Origin: Amoebidium appalachense
Lineage: Eukaryota; Protista; Ichthyosporea
Assembly (NCBI GenBank): GCA_963693365.1
Contig: CAVNZM010000016.1
Location: forward strand, 4,769,149 to 4,833,148
Length of the DNA stretch: 64,000 nucleotides
Direction of reading: 5' to 3'
A program made the position numbers and the translations under genes. Positions within the stretch are counted from its first letter, which is position 1, and every line of letters starts with the position of its first letter. This document shows positions 57,863 to 64,000 of the stretch, piece by piece. The notes beneath the pieces were generated by a model. The model had not been told where the DNA came from and searched no databases. It worked only from the letters and a program-made list of their open reading frames with translations.

Positions 57863-58872
57863 TTCACCAACCACACAACAAATCTACAGTGTGCTCACCT
57901 TTCCAGTCAGCCCACGCTGTGCTGCCACCGCCGCCTTTTCCTCCTCACTGCAAACAGTATTTCCGTTGCCCATGTTTTCAGGATCGGAAATGACTTCGCA
58001 CGTTCTCTCCTCCGTGGAAACACCAAACGGGTAGAGAAGAAGACGGTCCTCCCATCCGTTCAGGCACGCAGACAGCCTTACAAGCTTTAATCGGGTGTGT
58101 GTGTATGGGTGTACGTGTGGTTGTGTGTTGGGAGCGTGTTGGGAGTGTGTGTGTGTGCGCGCATGTGTGTGTGTGTGTGCGGATGTGTGTGTGTGTGTGT
58201 GCGTGTGTGTGCGCGTGCGCGAGCTTGAGTGGATGTGTGTATGTGGGAGGGAGTGTGCACCGGGTGTGCGTAGGTGGGCCCGGAAGGCTCCCGGGGGGCG
58301 GGGGGAGGGGGGAGTGAGGAGGCATTGAAAAGCAACTTCAGACCGTTGACCCCTGCCCCACCAGCCTAACCCCTAATGCTCCCAGCCCCCAGATCCCCCT
58401 TTAACCCCCTCGCATGATCTCCACACCCATTCCCGCTTCCCCTCACAAACAGTTTCACTCACTCCCACACGTGCACACATTCACTAAACAGATCCACTCA
58501 TTTCGCATTCCACAATGCATCAGTTAGCACCACTATCTACGAGTCAAATTCGAGGTCACAAACTCAAAAAAACTGTTGCATGACAAAGCAAACAGGCCTT
58601 GGAATAAGAAAGAGATATCCAAACAATGCAACGAACACATGAATCATGAGAATCAGACACCTTTGGGGGTGTGTGTGTGTGTGGGGGGGGGGGAGAGTGT
58701 CAAACGAAATGGGGGGGGGGGGGGGGGGTCGGATTCATACTTCGAAAAAACGTTGCGAGGGAAAAAACAGTGAGTGAACCACCGTGAAACACGAAGAAAA
58801 GAAACCAAACCACTTAAAGCCATTGTGACACATGAAGAAAGGTAAAAAAGACACGAAGAGAACGGCTGGAAT

Positions 58873-58910
<38 letters not shown>

Positions 58911-60577
58911 ATTGCAAAAAAAAAAAAAAAAAAAACAGAAAGAAAAAAGGGAGGGAAAAACACATACCCGTGCATTCTGGGGCATGGGCTCAAATGCGAC
59001 CACATTGTAGCCCTTGGCAAGAGCAATCATGGTGTACCAGCCAACATTGGCACCGATGTCCAAGAAAATCTAGAACCAAATGTTAGTTGTTACTTAAAAT
59101 GTTGACTATAGTATGTTGTATTTTTATCTACTAATACATGTATGTTAATGTTATAAACAAGTAAAAACAAAACCAAAAAAAACAAAAAAAACAAGGGGGG
59201 GGGGGGGGGAGGGGGGGGGGGGGGGAAGGGGGGGTATTCGCCATGTGGGTGGACGCAAGACGGAGAATTGCTCAATTCACAACCACTTAAGTCGAGCTCA
59301 GTCTAGTCGCTTCCGCATGTGCAAAATTAATAGCTCAGAAAAGGATGCCACACGCAGGGGCGTTCATAGGCGTGTGTGCGTGTCTCACAGTGCTGTGTGT
59401 GTGTGCGTGCGCTGTGTGTGTGTATGCGTGCCGGCACGGGCGCATGCGAGCTGTGTATATGTGCATGTGTGTGCGCGTAACTGGTGTGTGTGTGTGCGTG
59501 TATGTGCGCTCTCACGTGGTTGGTGTAACGTTACCTACATGTGTGGGGCCGGAGGCAGGCTGTGTGTCTCTGTCGGGGGAAGACGAGCCATAAAAAGGGG
59601 GAGGGTGGGGGGGCGGGGGAAGGGGGGGCAGGGGAGGTTTCTACCTTGCCATCCATGTATGTGTCGTTCAGCAGACGATTGAATATGGCATTGGACACAT
59701 CCATCTCCCACTTGAACGTGGCATGCACAAACCAGCTCACCGTGTCCGGCAACCTGGAAAAAAAAAAGTTAGTTTGCTTTTGCAAGACATTTTGTGCTAT
59801 ATATGACATGTGAAGAGAATGAGCTATATTTCAACAGCTAATACTTCTTCCCCCAGATGAGAAGCGTCATAGAGGGACGCAACGCGGATCTCAAAAGAAT
59901 AACAAAAAGAAGCCTAGCAGAGCAAATCTAACCCCTGCCTTCCCGCTCGTTTCCCCGTTTCAATTTCTCTGTCTTTTCACCCAGGCATTGCTTCGCACGA
60001 TCTACGATTGCGAGTGGCTCAACCCCCCCCCCCCCCCCCCCCCCCCCTGCCCCTGCACCCCCTTTCCCCACCGTGGGCGGCAATACAATATTACTTACAG
60101 TCCGTGAGTAGCAATGAGGAACTGCGGGTGGATGTGATCGGCCGGCTGCTCCGAAATCTTCAACTCATTTTCCGGGATGGGGTATAGTGCCTCACAGTAG
60201 GCACGCCTGGCCTTTGCATCGCCCAAGGTCTTCGCCTTCACCTGTCGTGCAAGGTGTTCCGTCTTTGCTCCATCTGCCCCTTGAGCCTTGATGTTACTCT
60301 CTGGGGTCTGTTCTTTGGTTGCAGAAGTCACGGAAGCGGTGATGGTGGCAGTTTCGGTCATGTGCTGGGTCACAGTTCTGAAATTGTTCACTGTTTCTAA
60401 CACCTTTTGCGTAACAGTGATGAATTCGGGCTTTGTTTGCACGATTGTTTCTTCTTTTGTGATGTTTGTTGTGGTGGTAGGTGATAGGATGTGGATAAGG
60501 CACAAAACAGCGATTAGGACGGCCACCGCTTGGAAAGCGAGCCCCCCCACGCCTGTTTTAGAGAATAGGTGAAGCAT
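56490..60577 (-). CDS. FkbM-family (Methyltransf_21) SAM-dependent methyltransferase with an N-terminal TM anchor and Thr-rich stem, ~418 aa; exons 60577-60099, 59753-59645, 59069-58968, 58084-57899, 56870-56490
   Basis: Motifs [18 protein letters not shown]...N, KLDD and [10 protein letters not shown]. All introns are GT-AG and phase-consistent (1257 nt including stop). Confidence 0.9.
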
Positions 60578-62195
60578 GGTGGTGGTAGGTCTTACTTGTT
60601 TCTCGTATTGTTATTATGATATATATTATTTTTCTCTCAGCCCGAAACATACGCAAAAACAAGCAAATGACTGTTGTCTTGTGGCATGTGTGAAAAACTG
60701 TGCCACGGTGACCCTTTTATAACATGAATTCCATGTTTACATTCTTCACTGAGGGATTGTCCAATCACAATCGAGTGAATCTTACTCACGCACGCGTTAA
60801 AAGTTTAAAACCGAAAATGGTTTCCATCTGACTGCCATGCCAGAATCCTCGGAGCCCCCAACAATATTCTTTGTTAGATATGCAACAATTAGGTTATCTG
60901 TAGGGGTCTAACGAACTCAGGCTTTGTTTCCCCGCGGGGTCTGTGATTCATTCTGCGTGATGGAATCATGTCGCGTTATTACTATGATTGTATTTTTAAG
61001 TTCTCGTTCTAAATCAATCACGAAGTGCGGTTTTATTTGCTCAAAATTGCTTGCATGGATGCCTGGTATAATGGCGCCCCGGCCGCGGTATACGTTATAT
61101 TCATGTAGTGGGATATTTCGTTATCTCCTCCGTATCCGTGAGTAGGGGTTTTTGTATTTTCTTCTCTGAGATATCTGTGATATCTCCGGCTTGCTTCTCT
61201 TTCATGAGCATATCAATCAAAGTCATTATAAAAATAAAAAAAAATCGGTTGTCGAAATTATAATTAATCATATTTTTAGGTGAGCCTCGGTATTCGAGTC
61301 TCTGCGTTATATCTTCCCAGAGGAGGGGGATGCATCAAACTAACCAACATTTGGACTGCTGAAAACGGTAATACTGTAATAGCAATCGTATGCGTTTTAG
61401 GCACACATATTACCTCAAATAGGCCTTACAAATACCTATCAGTGAAAATAAAAATATGAAAAACTGACTGCTTTACGTATACTATTTAGTGACGCTTGGT
61501 CCGGGTCAGGACTTCCGACTCAGGGCTCAGTCTCCGAAGGCAGGGGCCCATGTTGTAGACACATACAGGGACACAGGGACACAGGGATTCCGCGGCCATC
61601 ATATGCTGGCCGGAAAGAAAAATTTGTCGACACGCCGGGAGATCCCTTCCGAAGAGCAGCCTCGCGATCAGAAACCTCGATATCGATCCGACTAGTATAT
61701 ACGTACGTACTGAGGGAGAGAGGAAGGCGGAGTCCGGTGTGTGTGTGTGTGTGTGTGTGTGCCGGGGGGTGGGGGGGGGGGGGAGAGGGGCGCAAGCAAG
61801 CTTCTACTGTATGTATGTGCCTAGGTCTCTCCCCCCCTCTGTGTGTGGTACATACATAGTTATGCTTGGTATTATTCGATCATGATCACCGTGATTTGCA
61901 ATTTTGGCAAGGTCCTTCCCCAGGCGCCCCCCCCCCCCCCCCCCCCCCCACACACCCACCCACCCACCCAACCACCGGGCCACCCTTAATAAGAACTCCG
62001 CCCGAGCCCAGGCCCCGCGCGCGGCAGTTCAACGGTCTCCCATGCAGTTTCCAATTCGCAGAACTCGAGATTCATCCGGTCACGGTGACGATGCTACCAA
62101 GTACTACCTCCTCCTCCTCCCCCCCAGGCTTCCCCCCCCCCCTCCCCCCCCCCCTCCCCCCCCCCCCCCACCGGCCCTTCCCCACCCTCTTCCTA

Positions 62196-62245
<50 letters not shown>

Positions 62246-62572
62246 AAAAAAAAAAAAACTGAAAAAATGACCCACGGCACCATGCATACTGATACACGGC
62301 ACACACGCACAGACACACACGCACACGCACACACGCATGCACGCACGCACGCTCGCACACGCACGCAGTGCCACGCATGGGCATGCACGCACAAACCCAC
62401 ACACACGCACGCACGCACGCACAAATCCCGTTCCAACGTGTGTTTCCCCTTTTTCAATATTTTTCAAGTTGATATAATTGGCAACTGTCCCTTTCCCCCC
62501 TCCCCCTCCCCCCCCCCCCCCCCATCCCCCTTTTTTTTTAAAAAAAAAAAAATGAAACCCTCACCCTCGAGC

Positions 62573-62617
<45 letters not shown>

Positions 62618-64000
62618 ACCCCCCCACCACCACCACCACCACCACCAAAAAAAAAAAAAAAAAAAAAAAAATCATATTAAACCTGCCAGCCGCGCACACG
62701 GAGAAACTTTAAGTCTCGACTGCATTGGTTTGTCAAAATCCGCCCGCTTTGATGTATTACAGAGGTGTAAAGGTTTAAAAAGTCGAGCCTTTTTAATTAA
62801 AGCTAGCCTCAAAACTTTTACTTCTCAAATTAAAGCATTGCTGTGCATAATTATTGAGCCAGTACCACACCGTGACAGCAGATAGCTCAGTTCGTTTGTG
62901 TGATACGAACACAAGTGCACAAGCCTAGGCAAGGCTTCTCACGTGAGCCCAAAACATTCGTCCATATTCACAATTCATACAAACAGTTCAACCCTCAGAG
63001 AGAAAGGCAGAGAGAGAAAGAAAGAGGCAGAGCCCCGGCTCAGAGCGAGAGGAGAAAGGGGGGGAAGGGGGGGGGGAAAGAGGAGGGAGGAAGGGGGGGG
63101 TGGGGGGGGGGGGGGGGATGAGAGGTACTAGAGAGGAGAGGTACTCGAGGGAGGGAGGGAGGAATTCAAAGAGGATGAGAAATTTATCCGTACACGATTT
63201 TGTTGCCCAGCACACCACCCTCAATAAACTGAACTTTGCTGTTTACCAATAGCGGAAAACCCACAAGAACCGGAATTTCCAAAAACCCAACATTACTCCG
63301 CATTTTTTCTAACGTAGTGTGGGGATATGAGGGTTAATGAAATGCGCGCCGCCAGGAATTTTAGCTCAAAATGGAGACAAAGAAAAGGACTTGAAACCGT
63401 GGTCGATAAGGATGTCCACCGCCGGCCCCTCCCCACCAATAGCAATTACCTGTAACATGCCATTAGCAGGTTAAAAAAAAAAAAAGTGGTCAACACACAG
63501 GCCCGCCAAGTTGTCATACACACACACAAACATTAACAAATACACATACACAGACACGACACACAGACACACACGCACGCGCGCGCACACTCATACACAC
63601 ATGTACATATAGAAGGAGAGGATGAGCAGGGCTGAGGTGGGGGGAGGGGGGTAGGGGGGAGGGGGAGGAGAAAGAAACTATGTGGTCCCCCCCCCCCCCC
63701 CCCCCCCAGCCCCCGCACCTTTTCTCTCTCTCCCTCACCCCCTCTCCCCTCACCTTCCCCTCCCCCCCCTACACCTCCTTCAGACTCTTCCACTGTGTAT
63801 CTCCCCCCCCCCCCCCCCCCTGCATGATCCTCCTTTCGGCTACCCCCCCCCCCCCCCGCCCCCTCCCCCCCGGCGTCCTTCTCCTCCCTTTTTTTCCCCT
63901 TTCATTTTAATCTTCCCCCCCCCCCCCCCCCCCCAAAAACAAAAACAAAAAACAAAACAAAAAAAAAAAACATCAGGTGCCCGAGCGCGTGCACGCGCGT

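Noticed and set aside
61489-63450. Exon-like non-repetitive islands of a possible gene at the window end
   Set aside because: I could not build a phase-consistent model or recognise a domain on either strand.

Overview
Eukaryotic, intron-rich genomic DNA. The gene set suggests a unicellular opisthokont or holozoan, but that is inference only. Introns and intergenic DNA are saturated with (CA/TG)n microsatellites and long G/C homopolymers, which generate most of the long ORFs in the track; those ORFs are spurious. I reconstructed spliced genes by hand with phase checks: the 3' end of TFIIH p52/GTF2H4 (+); a 6-exon MAP kinase phosphatase (+); a very large minus-strand gene encoding PHD, possible DWNN/ubiquitin-like, polyQ, MYND, ER/K helix, DPR-motif, RD-rich and second MYND regions; an intronless AIG1/ADTRP-family hydrolase (+); an RGS-domain gene with a GC-AG intron (-); and a type II membrane FkbM-family methyltransferase (-). 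Mobile DNA comprises two 5'-truncated non-LTR retrotransposons (one with an 18-bp TSD), a ~600-bp MITE with 33-bp TIRs, and a 975-bp TG...CA element with a 4-bp TSD and repeated palindromic subterminal sites. Many unrelated minisatellites and several perfect hairpins are also present. No CRISPR array, tRNA or rRNA was found.
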